DNA of 55,359 bases, from the NCBI GenBank assembly GCA_902767335.1, contig CACXHD010000126.1, forward strand, positions 1 to 55,359, read 5' to 3'. The translations under genes were made by a program, and so were the position numbers. The notes under the pieces are model-generated. The model saw nothing but the letters and a program-made list of their open reading frames with translations, searched no databases and was not told the DNA's origin. The first letter of the stretch is position 1. The number at the start of each line of letters is the position of its first letter. This DNA comes from an uncultured Lachnospiraceae bacterium. GTDB taxonomy: Bacteria; Bacillota; Clostridia; Lachnospirales; Lachnospiraceae. Below are positions 17,647-25,894 of the stretch, piece after piece.

Positions 17647-18708
17647 ATGAAGAGAATGAAATGGCTGCCCGTGAGCGCAGGAATACTGGCTCTGGCATTT
17701 TCCTGCCAGGCTGCGGCGGAAGAATACAGGGGCTTTGATGATATTGGCGCCGGGGACTGGAACTACGAAGAAACCGGCTACGATGCAGGGTACGAGGATT
17801 ACGGCTACAACGGCGGTTATGAGGATGCCGGCGCATGGACAGGCTATGACGACGGCGCATCTTACGATGACGGCGCCTTCCAGGATGTCATCTCCTATGG
17901 GAACAGTGACTACCGGGGGTTCGACGATGTCGGGTCAGACGGGACAATGAGCGGCTACGGGTACGATGATTACCTGACCGGAGACGGATCCGGCAGCTAC
18001 AGCGGCAGCGACAGCAGTTACAGCGGCACCGACAGCGGCAGTTACAGCAGCGGCAGCTATACGGGCAGCAGCACAACCGACAGCGGCAGCTATACCGGCA
18101 GCAGCACATCCGGCAGCGGCAGCTATACCGGCAGCAGTACTTCCGGCAGCGCCAGTACGTCGGAAACCGGCAGAGGTTCGCAGACGCAGACCGAAGCTGC
18201 GGCTTCGCAGACAAACGCCCAGACCGCCGCCGGCACGGAAAAAACGGCTGCAGACGCAGAGACAAAAGAGACCTCCAAGGCCGGAGAAACGACGACCGTA
18301 AATACCATGACGGCAGCGGCTCCTGCGGCAGATCCGGCGGATGATTCCACCTGCCGGTTTACGACAGACAGTATCGGACAGATCGAAATCCATTACTGCG
18401 AAAAGCATGCTCCCCTGATTGAGCGCGAAGAGCGCCAGGCGGAGGACGGACTGAGCGTTGAGGAATTAAAGAGTCTGATCAACTCCTGGGAAAGTTCCCT
18501 GAATGAACTGTATATCAAGTGGCAGAGCCCGCTTTCCGTACAGGCTGCCGGAAAAGTGCGGAACGCCCGCATTGCCTTCTATACCCAGCTGGATCAGCAG
18601 GATCTCGTTCTGACGCCGCTCGGAGAGGAGACGGCGCTGCGGTTCCGCCTGCAGGCCCTGAAGGAAGAATGCGCCCGTCTCTGCCTGCAGCTGCGAAACC
18701 GGGGATAA
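17647..18708 (+). CDS. secreted low-complexity (Gly/Ser/Tyr/Thr repeat) protein, C-terminal domain paralogous to previous gene
   Basis: Signal peptide (LPVSAGILALAFSCQAAA) and GSYTGSSTSGSGSYTGSSTS repeats. The C-terminus has HYCEKHAPLI and LKSLINSWESSLNELY, matching the neighbour. Confidence 0.55.
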   Translation: MKRMKWLPVSAGILALAFSCQAAAEEYRGFDDIGAGDWNYEETGYDAGYEDYGYNGGYEDAGAWTGYDDGASYDDGAFQDVISYGNSDYRGFDDVGSDGTMSGYGYDDYLTGDGSGSYSGSDSSYSGTDSGSYSSGSYTGSSTTDSGSYTGSSTSGSGSYTGSSTSGSASTSETGRGSQTQTEAAASQTNAQTAAGTEKTAADAETKETSKAGETTTVNTMTAAAPAADPADDSTCRFTTDSIGQIEIHYCEKHAPLIEREERQAEDGLSVEELKSLINSWESSLNELYIKWQSPLSVQAAGKVRNARIAFYTQLDQQDLVLTPLGEETALRFRLQALKEECARLCLQLRNRG

Positions 18709-18724
18709 ATGACAGAGAGATAAA

Positions 18725-19573
18725 ATGGACAAAGAAATTATCGGAAAACAGTTTGATGAGGAGCGGGCACTGTACCATCTGTGCCATGCAAAGGTTACGG
18801 ACTGCGTGTTCGCCGGCGAGGCGGACGGCGAGTCCGTGTTGAAAGAGACAGAGGACATCCATCTTTCGGGGTGCAGCTTTTCTCTGCGCTACCCACTCTG
18901 GCACACAAAGGGATTTACAATGAAGGACAGCTGTATGGACGAACTGACACGGGCTGCCATCTGGTATGCTTCGGACGGCGAGATCCACGGCTGCAGACTG
19001 CATGGGATCAAGGCGGTTCGGGAGTGCCGTCATATCTCCGTCAGCGACAGCGATATCGTATCGCCGGAATTCGGGTGGAAATCCACCGATATTTCGCTGA
19101 AGGATACGTCGGTCGTTTCCGAGTATCTGTTTCTTGATGCGGCACAGATCCGGCTGGAACGGGTAAAGATGAGCGGAAAGTATTCGTTTCAGTATGTCGA
19201 CGGACTCGAGATCACGGATTCTGTGTTGGACACGAAGGATGCATTCTGGCACAGCCGGAATGTGACGGTAAAGAACAGCACCGTGAAGGGTGAGTATCTC
19301 GGTTGGTTCTCGGAAGGCCTGACCCTGACAGGCTGCCATATCATCGGAACGCAGCCGCTGTGCTACTGCAAAAACCTGACGCTGATCGACTGTACGATGG
19401 AAGACTGTGACCTGTCCTTTGAGTATTCGGAGACAGAGGCACAGATCCTCGGCCATATCGATTCCGTAAAGAACCCGAAATCCGGCCATATCACCGCAGA
19501 CAGCATCGGAGAAATCATCCGGGAGGACGCGGTGATGGAGTGCGACTGCAGGATTCTCATCCGCAATGCATAG
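18725..19573 (+). CDS. DUF3737-like protein
   Basis: Recurring motifs remembered from this family: FDEERALY, DGESVLKE, LRYPLWH, HGIKAVRE, IVSPEFGW, GKYSFQY, DTKDAFWH and IIGTQPLCYCK. It ends with TAG. Confidence 0.7.
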   Translation: MDKEIIGKQFDEERALYHLCHAKVTDCVFAGEADGESVLKETEDIHLSGCSFSLRYPLWHTKGFTMKDSCMDELTRAAIWYASDGEIHGCRLHGIKAVRECRHISVSDSDIVSPEFGWKSTDISLKDTSVVSEYLFLDAAQIRLERVKMSGKYSFQYVDGLEITDSVLDTKDAFWHSRNVTVKNSTVKGEYLGWFSEGLTLTGCHIIGTQPLCYCKNLTLIDCTMEDCDLSFEYSETEAQILGHIDSVKNPKSGHITADSIGEIIREDAVMECDCRILIRNA

Positions 19574-19577
19574 CTGC

Positions 19578-19802
19578 ATTCACAGCCGATGAAACCGTAC
19601 GCCCTCATGCCCCTTATATCCCATAAGCTGACCCGACCCACTCCGACAGGCTAACGGTTAACTCCGACTAAGAAGTCGGGGTATTCGCGCATATGCGCCA
19701 CGCTCTTACCCCGCCTTCTAAGTCTGCGTAAACCGTGGATCCCGTCTTCGTTCTTGTCGGAATTGTCTGCTTATGGGATATAAGGGGCATGAGGGCTGTG
19801 AA
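19578..19802 (-). repeat. ~205-nt palindromic structured element, copy 2 (inverted relative to copy 1)
   Basis: Its reverse complement aligns with copy 1 end to end. The differences in the stems are paired (see findings). Central perfect palindrome GCGCATATGCGC at 19687-19698. Confidence 0.85.
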
Positions 19803-19867
19803 TAGGAACGTACAATCTGTACAAGTTTTTTCGCTCCCGTCCCTGAGGAAACATCCCCCCACGGGGC

Positions 19868-19895
19868 TTGTGCCGAAAAATGCAGCTGATATAAT
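19868..19895 (+). promoter_or_regulatory. extended -10 promoter for the cbiM operon
   Basis: TTGTGC, 16-nt spacer, TGATATAAT (a TGn extended -10). It leaves a leader of about 75 nt. Confidence 0.55.
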
Positions 19896-19976
19896 CGATG
19901 TCAGGTGAAACGATCGTAAACACCGAAACTCATCTGACGTGGATTACAACATTTGCAGAAGCGGGGGGAAGAATTT

Positions 19977-21035
19977 ATGCATATGGCAGATGCGCTGCTT
20001 GCACCGGGTGTGGGAGCGGCAATGTATGTTGCGAGCGGGGTCGCGGCGGGAATATCGATTTATCAGCTGAAGAAAGAGGATGACCCGAAACGGCTGCCGG
20101 TGATGGCGGTTTCGGCGGCTCTGGTGTTTGCCGGGCAGATGATCAATTACACGATACCGGGGACCGGCTCCTCCGGGCATATGTGCGGCGGCATGCTCTT
20201 GTCCGCACTGCTGGGACCGTACGCGGGCTTCCTGTCCATGATTGTCATTCTGGCGATCCAGTGCCTGTTCTTTGCGGACGGCGGTCTGCTGGCCCTGGGA
20301 GCCAATATCTGGAACATGGCGTTTTACGGGTGCTTTGTCGGGTATTTTCTGATCTGGAAACCGATTCTGCACAGCGGTCTGTTCGGAAAGAGAGGCGATG
20401 CGGCGGCGACCCGGGCGAAAATCATTACCGCTTCCATTGCGGGTGCGGTGATTACCCTTCAGATGGGCGCCTTTTCCGTTGTGCTGGAGACTTCGCTTTC
20501 CGGGATCACGGAGCTTCCTTTTGGCGCCTTTGCGGCATTGATGCAGCCGATTCACCTGGCCATCGGTCTGGTGGAAGGCCTGATCACCGCGGCGGTGCTG
20601 GTTTTCGTATACCAGTCCCGTCCGGAACTGATCCGGGAGGCGGATGCCGGAACCGGCCAGGCAAAGAGCGGCCTTTCGCTGAAACATACGGTGGTGATCC
20701 TTGCGGTCCTTGCAGCCGTAACCGGCGGCCTGTTCTCTCATTTTGCCAGCTCCAATCCGGACGGACTGGAATGGGCCTTGTTCGGGAATGAGGAAGAGGG
20801 CTTCCATGCAAATATGGGCCTGGATGAAGAGCATTTCGGCGTTGAGAGCAAAGCGTCCCGGACGGCCGCGGCAATTCAGGAAAAAACTTCCTTCCTGCCG
20901 GATTATGCATTCGCGAACAGCGAAAGCGCGATGGGAACCACCGTATCCGGAATTGTCGGTGCGGGGATGGTGGCCGCCGCTGCCCTGCTGATCTGCATGC
21001 TTGGCGGATTTTTCCGGAAAAAACGCAGAGAATAA
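19977..21035 (+). CDS. cbiM: ECF cobalt/nickel transporter substrate-capture subunit CbiM fused to a PDGLE domain
   Basis: The N-terminus MHMADALL follows GGGGGGAAG. Motifs GSSGHMCGGML and FFADGGLLALGAN are present. The C-terminal part contains NPDGLEWA and a final TM helix. Confidence 0.85.
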   Translation: MHMADALLAPGVGAAMYVASGVAAGISIYQLKKEDDPKRLPVMAVSAALVFAGQMINYTIPGTGSSGHMCGGMLLSALLGPYAGFLSMIVILAIQCLFFADGGLLALGANIWNMAFYGCFVGYFLIWKPILHSGLFGKRGDAAATRAKIITASIAGAVITLQMGAFSVVLETSLSGITELPFGAFAALMQPIHLAIGLVEGLITAAVLVFVYQSRPELIREADAGTGQAKSGLSLKHTVVILAVLAAVTGGLFSHFASSNPDGLEWALFGNEEEGFHANMGLDEEHFGVESKASRTAAAIQEKTSFLPDYAFANSESAMGTTVSGIVGAGMVAAAALLICMLGGFFRKKRRE

Positions 21036-21040
21036 AGAAA

Positions 21041-21856
21041 ATGAACGGGATTGATCGATCCATCGGGGAATGGAAAAGTATTGAGATGCTGGAGGACGGG
21101 AACTCACCCGTTCACCGGCTCTCGCCGCTGGCGAAGCTGATCATCACAGCCGCCTATATCCTGACAGTGGTTTCTTTTCATAAGTATGATCTGAGCAGCA
21201 TGATTTTCATGCTGCTTTTTCCGCTGACAGCGTATCAGATCAGCGGGATCCCGATGCGAACCTGTATGTACCGTCTGCGCCTGGTGATGCCTCTGATCCT
21301 TGCTGTCGGCGTTTTCAACCCGCTGTTGGACAGAACGCCTCTGTTTTTCATTGGGCGGACCGCAGTATCCGGCGGCGTGATTTCCATGCTGACGCTGGCC
21401 CTGAAGGGCTTCCTCAGCCTGAGCGCTTCGTTCCTGCTGATCGCGACGACGAGAATCGATGCCCTCTGCGCTGCGCTTCGAAGACTCCATGTGCCGTCCA
21501 TGCTGGTCACGCTCCTGCTGTTGACTTTCCGGTATATTACCGTCATGATGGAGGAGGTTTCCGTAATGTCCCAGGCATATGCGCTGCGCGCGCCCGGGCA
21601 GAGGGGAATTCATTACAAAGCCTGGGGCTCGTTTCTCGGACAGCTGCTGCTGCGGAGCATGGACCGGGCGCAGGAGCTGTACGCATCCATGGAGCTTCGC
21701 GGTTTCGAAGGAACGTTTACGTACGCGCAGGGAGCTCCTTTCACGGCAAAAGACCTGATTTGTACGGTCGTCTGCATCGGCCTTTTCGCGCTGGTGAGAA
21801 ATTTTAATCTGACACTGCTGCTGGGAAGAGCCGCCGTCGAACTTCTGGGGCGTTGA
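21041..21856 (+). CDS. cbiQ: ECF transporter transmembrane (T) component CbiQ
   Basis: 271-aa polytopic protein directly after cbiM. It has a CbiQ-like layout with AYALRAPG and ELRGF motifs. Confidence 0.8.
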   Translation: MNGIDRSIGEWKSIEMLEDGNSPVHRLSPLAKLIITAAYILTVVSFHKYDLSSMIFMLLFPLTAYQISGIPMRTCMYRLRLVMPLILAVGVFNPLLDRTPLFFIGRTAVSGGVISMLTLALKGFLSLSASFLLIATTRIDALCAALRRLHVPSMLVTLLLLTFRYITVMMEEVSVMSQAYALRAPGQRGIHYKAWGSFLGQLLLRSMDRAQELYASMELRGFEGTFTYAQGAPFTAKDLICTVVCIGLFALVRNFNLTLLLGRAAVELLGR

Positions 21857-22036
21857 AGCAGCTGTGATACTATGTAAGCGATTTTTGGATGCTGTCCCCG
21901 GGCGGAAAGACCGGCAGGATGTGCAGGTTATTTCGCTGCAGTTCCTAAGATTTTATGAAACATAAGAAACTGGATTCCGGCCCCCGGAACCTCCGGCGAA
22001 AGACCGGACAGGGATTGCGGGAGAAAGAAGAAGCGC

Positions 22037-22177
22037 ATGAATAAAAGTGAGCGATACAGAGAAATTGTTGAAATTCTGCAGCGGGAGCACAGCGTGGATG
22101 TCAATGATCTGGCCAACCGTTTCCCGTTTTTTTCGGAGTGCGCTGAGGAGACTGGAGGGATACGATGCTGGAACTGA
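22037..22177 (+). pseudogene. possible relic of a DeoR-type HTH regulator N-terminus (46 codons)
   Basis: The short ORF MNKSERYREIVEILQREHSVDVNDLANRF resembles DeoR N-termini. It loses similarity after a T7 run and stops inside the cbiO start region. Confidence 0.25.
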
Positions 22178-22878
22178 AACAGGTCCGATTTGCTTATGAA
22201 AAAGGGAAGGACGTGATCCGGGATGTCAGTTTCCGGATTGGAGACGGAGAGAACGTCGGACTGATCGGCGCCAACGGTGCCGGAAAATCCACGGTTCTGA
22301 AACTGATCCTGGGGCTGCTTGCCGGAGAAGGAGAAATCCTGGCAGATCAGATCCCGGTTGAGAAAAAAACGCTTCCTCAGATCCGGAAGAAGATGGGCTA
22401 TGTCCTCCAGAACTCCGACAACCAGATGTTTATGCCGACGGTCCTCGAGGACATGGTGTTCGGGCCGGTCAACTACGGCCTTACGCGGGCGGCGGCGGAA
22501 GAAAAAGCGGAGCGCGTCCTGGAGCAGCTGAATATTTCCGGCCTGAAAGACCGGTACAATCACCGGATTTCCGGCGGAGAGAAAAAAATGGCGGCGATTG
22601 CCACCATTCTGACGATGGAGCCGGATCTGATCCTGATGGATGAACCGACGGCATCGCTGGATCCTTACAACCGGAGACAGATGATCCGGCTGATGCGGGA
22701 TCTTTCCCAGACATTGCTGATCACTTCGCACGACCTGGATATGATTTACGATACTTGCAGCCGGGTGATCCTGATGCATGAGGGGAAAATCGCCGCCGAC
22801 GGCCCCGCAGACGTCATTCTGCGGGACCGGAAGCTGCTGGAGGCATGCCATCTGGAGCTGCCGCTTCGGATGAAGTGA
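22165..22878 (+). CDS. cbiO: ECF transporter ATP-binding protein CbiO
   Basis: Walker A GANGAGKST, signature ISGGEKK and Walker B LILMDEPT. GGAGGG lies 6 nt before the ATG. Confidence 0.85.
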   Translation: MLELKQVRFAYEKGKDVIRDVSFRIGDGENVGLIGANGAGKSTVLKLILGLLAGEGEILADQIPVEKKTLPQIRKKMGYVLQNSDNQMFMPTVLEDMVFGPVNYGLTRAAAEEKAERVLEQLNISGLKDRYNHRISGGEKKMAAIATILTMEPDLILMDEPTASLDPYNRRQMIRLMRDLSQTLLITSHDLDMIYDTCSRVILMHEGKIAADGPADVILRDRKLLEACHLELPLRMK

Positions 22879-22961
22879 GGCGCAGCTGAAGGCTTTCTTC
22901 GAAAGCCGCGCCGCACGCGGTTTTGAGCGCGTGATGTGCCGCCAGGCGGACGGTTCACTCC

Positions 22962-23345
22962 TTAAATCTTCTTTCCGGTACGCTCCTGATAATCCTCAAG
23001 GGCGGAGCGGATGGCCTCCTCAGCCAGAACACTGCAGTGCATCTTATAATCCGGCAGGCCGTCCAGCGCTTCCGCCACGGCCTTGTTGGTCAGCTTCATG
23101 GCATCGGCGACGGGTTTGCCTTTGATCAGTTCCGTGGCCATGGAGCTGGAGGCGATGGCGCTGCCACAGCCGAAGGTCTCGAATTTCACATCGGAGATCA
23201 CATCATCTTCAATTTTCAGATACATCTTCATAATATCGCCGCATTTCGCGTTGCCGACTTCCCCGATTCCGTTCGCGTCTTCGATCGTGCCGACATTGCG
23301 CGGATTGCGGAAATGATCCATCACCTTTTCACTGTATAAAGCCAT
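22962..23345 (-). CDS. nifU: Fe-S cluster assembly scaffold (NifU/IscU type)
   Basis: 127 aa with three scaffold Cys motifs: GNAKCGD, FGCGSAIASS and HCSVLAEEA. Confidence 0.9.
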   Translation of the reverse strand: MALYSEKVMDHFRNPRNVGTIEDANGIGEVGNAKCGDIMKMYLKIEDDVISDVKFETFGCGSAIASSSMATELIKGKPVADAMKLTNKAVAEALDGLPDYKMHCSVLAEEAIRSALEDYQERTGKKI

Positions 23346-23440
23346 TTTCTTACCTCTCTTTCAAAACGCGCGGTGCATGCACGACGCGATGTTATCACAG
23401 AATAAAATCTTTTTGCCTGATATTGGACGGTGCGATGTTC

Positions 23441-24625
23441 TCACAGAATGAATTCTTTTTTGCCTGCCATCAGGTCTCTCCAGATGGGGGAGAAGCTGCG
23501 CAGATACGTCACGACATCCTTTACGGCTTCGATGATATAGTCCACATCCGCTTCGGTGGTCTCTTCCCCGAGGCTCAGCCGGAGAGATCCGTGGGCCACA
23601 TCATGGACCCGGCCGATGGCCAGCAGGACATGGCTCGGATCGAGGGAGCCGGAGGTACATGCGCTTCCGGAGGAAGCGGCAATGCCTTTGTCGTCCAGGA
23701 GAAGCAGCAGGGATTCCCCTTCGATTCCTTCAAAGCAGAAATTGACATTTCCGGGAAGCCGGCGCCGGGCGTCTCCATTCAGGGCGGAATGGGGGATCCG
23801 GCCCAGTCCTTCGATCAGACGGTCGCGCAGTTTCGTCAGGTGCGCGGCATCCTTTTCAAAGGCTGCGCTTGTTTCCTTCAATGCCGCTGCCATGGAAACG
23901 ATGCCCGGTACATTCTCCGTGCCGGCGCGTTTGCCGCGTTCCTGTGCGCCGCCTTCGATCAGCGTGGACAGCCGGATTCCCTTTTTTGCATAGAGGAAGC
24001 CGACGCCCTTGGGACCATGGAATTTGTGGGCCGACGCGGAGAGCATGTCAATATTGTCCTCGCCGACATGGATCGGCAGATGCGCGACCGCCTGTACCGC
24101 ATCGGTATGGAACAGGACATTCTTCTTTCGACAGACAGCTCCGATCTCGCGGATCGGCTGGATGGTGCCGATCTCATTATTGGCGTACATGACGGTGACC
24201 AGACAGGTGTCTTCCCGGATCGCCGCGTCCACTTCTTCCGGAAGGACAATGCCGTTTTCATGGACATCCAGCAGGGTGATCTCAAATCCTTCTTTTTTCA
24301 GCTTTTCCAGTGTATGCAGAACCGCATGGTGTTCGAAGGCGGTGGAGACGATGTGCATTTTCCCTTTTGCCCGGCCAAGTTCCGCAGCGGTCCGGATCGC
24401 CTGGTTATCCGCCTCGCTGCCTCCGGAGGTAAAGGTGATTTCGCGCGGATTTGCGCCGATCACCGCAGCGATATCCGCCCGGGCCTGTTCAAGGGCTTCT
24501 TTCGCTTCCTGCCCATGTACGTACAGGCTGGACGGATTTCCCCAGACCGTATTCATCACCTCTGTCATTGTCTGAATGGCCAGCGGGCTCATTTTTGTCG
24601 TTGCCGCATTGTCAGCGTAGATCAT
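23441..24625 (-). CDS. nifS: cysteine desulfurase (NifS type, class V aminotransferase)
   Basis: PLP-lysine motif SAHKFHGPKG and catalytic loop SSGSACTSGS. It sits immediately upstream of nifU on the same strand. Confidence 0.9.
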   Translation of the reverse strand: MIYADNAATTKMSPLAIQTMTEVMNTVWGNPSSLYVHGQEAKEALEQARADIAAVIGANPREITFTSGGSEADNQAIRTAAELGRAKGKMHIVSTAFEHHAVLHTLEKLKKEGFEITLLDVHENGIVLPEEVDAAIREDTCLVTVMYANNEIGTIQPIREIGAVCRKKNVLFHTDAVQAVAHLPIHVGEDNIDMLSASAHKFHGPKGVGFLYAKKGIRLSTLIEGGAQERGKRAGTENVPGIVSMAAALKETSAAFEKDAAHLTKLRDRLIEGLGRIPHSALNGDARRRLPGNVNFCFEGIEGESLLLLLDDKGIAASSGSACTSGSLDPSHVLLAIGRVHDVAHGSLRLSLGEETTEADVDYIIEAVKDVVTYLRSFSPIWRDLMAGKKEFIL

Positions 24626-24669
24626 ATATGGTTACTCCTTTCGGGTGGATGATTGGCTTTACCAAAGAG

Positions 24670-24698
24670 AATATAAACCTATTTACCTATCATGTCAA
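24670..24698 (-). promoter_or_regulatory. promoter for nifS-nifU
   Basis: On the minus strand: TTGACA (24698-24693), 17-nt spacer, TATATT (24675-24670). Confidence 0.6.
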
Positions 24699-24704
24699 TA
24701 GGAT
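24676..24704. promoter_or_regulatory. candidate Rrf2 operator 1 (overlaps nifS -35 and spacer)
   Basis: ACCTATTTACCTATCATGTCAATAGG; the inverted repeat is CCTATT-N13-AATAGG. Confidence 0.5.
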
Positions 24705-24756
24705 ATTAAGAGACAGAAATGCTTTCCTTCTTTGCCCAGGAGATTGAGTGTCGGAC

Positions 24757-24785
24757 TTGCTTTACCTATTTGCCTACCGTATAAT
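24757..24785 (+). promoter_or_regulatory. promoter for the Rrf2 regulator gene
   Basis: TTGCTT, 17-nt spacer, TATAAT. Confidence 0.6.
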
Positions 24786-24790
24786 AGGGG
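24763..24790. promoter_or_regulatory. candidate Rrf2 operator 2 (overlaps the regulator's own -10)
   Basis: ACCTATTTGCCTACCGTATAATAGG; the inverted repeat is CCTATT-N12-AATAGG. Its left half is nearly identical to operator 1. Confidence 0.5.
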
Positions 24791-24856
24791 AAAGGAAGAA
24801 TTACGTCTCCGGAGGGCATGTTTCCCGAAGGGGACAGAAAGAAAGGCGGCACGGAT

Positions 24857-25258
24857 ATGATTTCGACAAAAGGACGTTATGCAATCCGGGTCATGATTGA
24901 CCTGGCGGAGCACAATACCGGCAGCTATATTCCACTGAAGGACATTGCGGCCAGACAGGGGATTTCAAAGAAATATCTGGAGATTATCGTAAAAGAGATG
25001 GTCGCCGGCAATCTTCTTGTCGGAGCCAGCGGAAGAGGCGGCGGATATATGCTCTGCCGGAGTCCGCAGGAGTATACGATCGGGGAAGTGATTGAACTGA
25101 TGGAAGGACCGCTGGCTCCGGTGGCCTGCCTGGCGGACGGCGCGGCTCCCTGCCCGCGATCAGCCGAATGCGAAACGCTGCCGCTCTGGGCGGAATATGA
25201 TCAGATGACCCATGATTTTTTCTACAGCAGACATCTGAGCGATTTGATTCGGAAATAA
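24857..25258 (+). CDS. Rrf2 family transcriptional regulator (IscR/CymR-like)
   Basis: Likely start ATG 24857 (MISTKGRYAIRVMIDLA wHTH). The Cys triad ACLADGAAPCPRSAEC suggests an Fe-S ligand set. It is divergent from nifS-nifU. Confidence 0.85.
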   Translation: MISTKGRYAIRVMIDLAEHNTGSYIPLKDIAARQGISKKYLEIIVKEMVAGNLLVGASGRGGGYMLCRSPQEYTIGEVIELMEGPLAPVACLADGAAPCPRSAECETLPLWAEYDQMTHDFFYSRHLSDLIRK

Positions 25259-25287
25259 AGGAGAAGGGGAGACAGGGAGGACATAAC

Positions 25288-25773
25288 ATGAAATGCAGAA
25301 TTACAACGGAAGGCTTCGGGGATATGATTTTTGAGCTGTATCCCCAATATGCACCCATCACGGTGAAGAATTTTGTCGATACGGTAAACAGCGGATTTTA
25401 CAATGGTCTTGCCTGGTGCCGGATCGTGGAGGGATACGTCATCCAAGGCGGTTCGCCGGACAATGACATCATGACGGACAGCGACTGGCATATCAAAGGA
25501 GAATTCGCGGAGAACGGAATTGAAAACCCGGTGCCGCACATTCGCGGCGCGATTTCCATGGCCAGAGACGATGCGCCGGATACCGCGGGAACACAGTTTT
25601 TCGTGGTGCACCAGGACGCCCATAAGCTGGACGGCAGATACGCGGCCTTCGGTCAGATGACGGAAGGGTTTGATGTGCTGGATGCCATCGCATCGCAGCC
25701 GACGTACGGGCCGGAGACCTGGAACAAGCCGGTAAAGATGCCGGTGATCCGGGAGATTGTAGTGGAGGAGTAG
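25288..25773 (+). CDS. peptidyl-prolyl cis-trans isomerase, cyclophilin type
   Basis: Motifs WCRIVEGYVIQGG, GAISMAR and GTQFFVV. The TAG stop overlaps the first base of a hairpin repeat. Confidence 0.9.
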   Translation: MKCRITTEGFGDMIFELYPQYAPITVKNFVDTVNSGFYNGLAWCRIVEGYVIQGGSPDNDIMTDSDWHIKGEFAENGIENPVPHIRGAISMARDDAPDTAGTQFFVVHQDAHKLDGRYAAFGQMTEGFDVLDAIASQPTYGPETWNKPVKMPVIREIVVEE

Positions 25774-25799
25774 GAGACAGGGGACGGTTCTCTGTCTCC
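25773..25799 (+). repeat. hairpin-family unit overlapping the cyclophilin stop codon
   Basis: GGAGACAGGGGACGGTTCTCTGTCTCC. Its first G is the last base of the TAG stop. Confidence 0.9.
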
Positions 25800-25826
25800 T
25801 CCCGGGGCGGCTTGCGGGAGACGGAA

Positions 25827-25851
25827 AAGACAGTGAATCGTCCCCTGTCTT
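25827..25851 (-). repeat. hairpin-family unit (inverted, AAGA/TCTT arms)
   Basis: AAGACAG-tgaatcgtccc-CTGTCTT. It forms an inverted pair with the 25773 copy. Confidence 0.8.
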
Positions 25852-25894
25852 CCCTGTCTCCCGTTCTGCGAAAATGAAAGGGAAGTGACTTCAA

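Noticed and set aside
19668-19862. 64-aa ORF inside copy 2 of the palindromic element.
   Set aside because: It has no RBS and lies within a repeat whose conservation pattern is structural (paired substitutions) rather than codon-like. The equivalent frame is not preserved in copy 1.
19896-19976. Cobalamin or NiCo riboswitch in the cbiM leader.
   Set aside because: I could not find the B12 box (GCCACTG-like core) or the conserved GGTGAAA..GGGAAGGC architecture. Only a generic 8-bp helix is visible. This needs a covariance-model scan to be sure.
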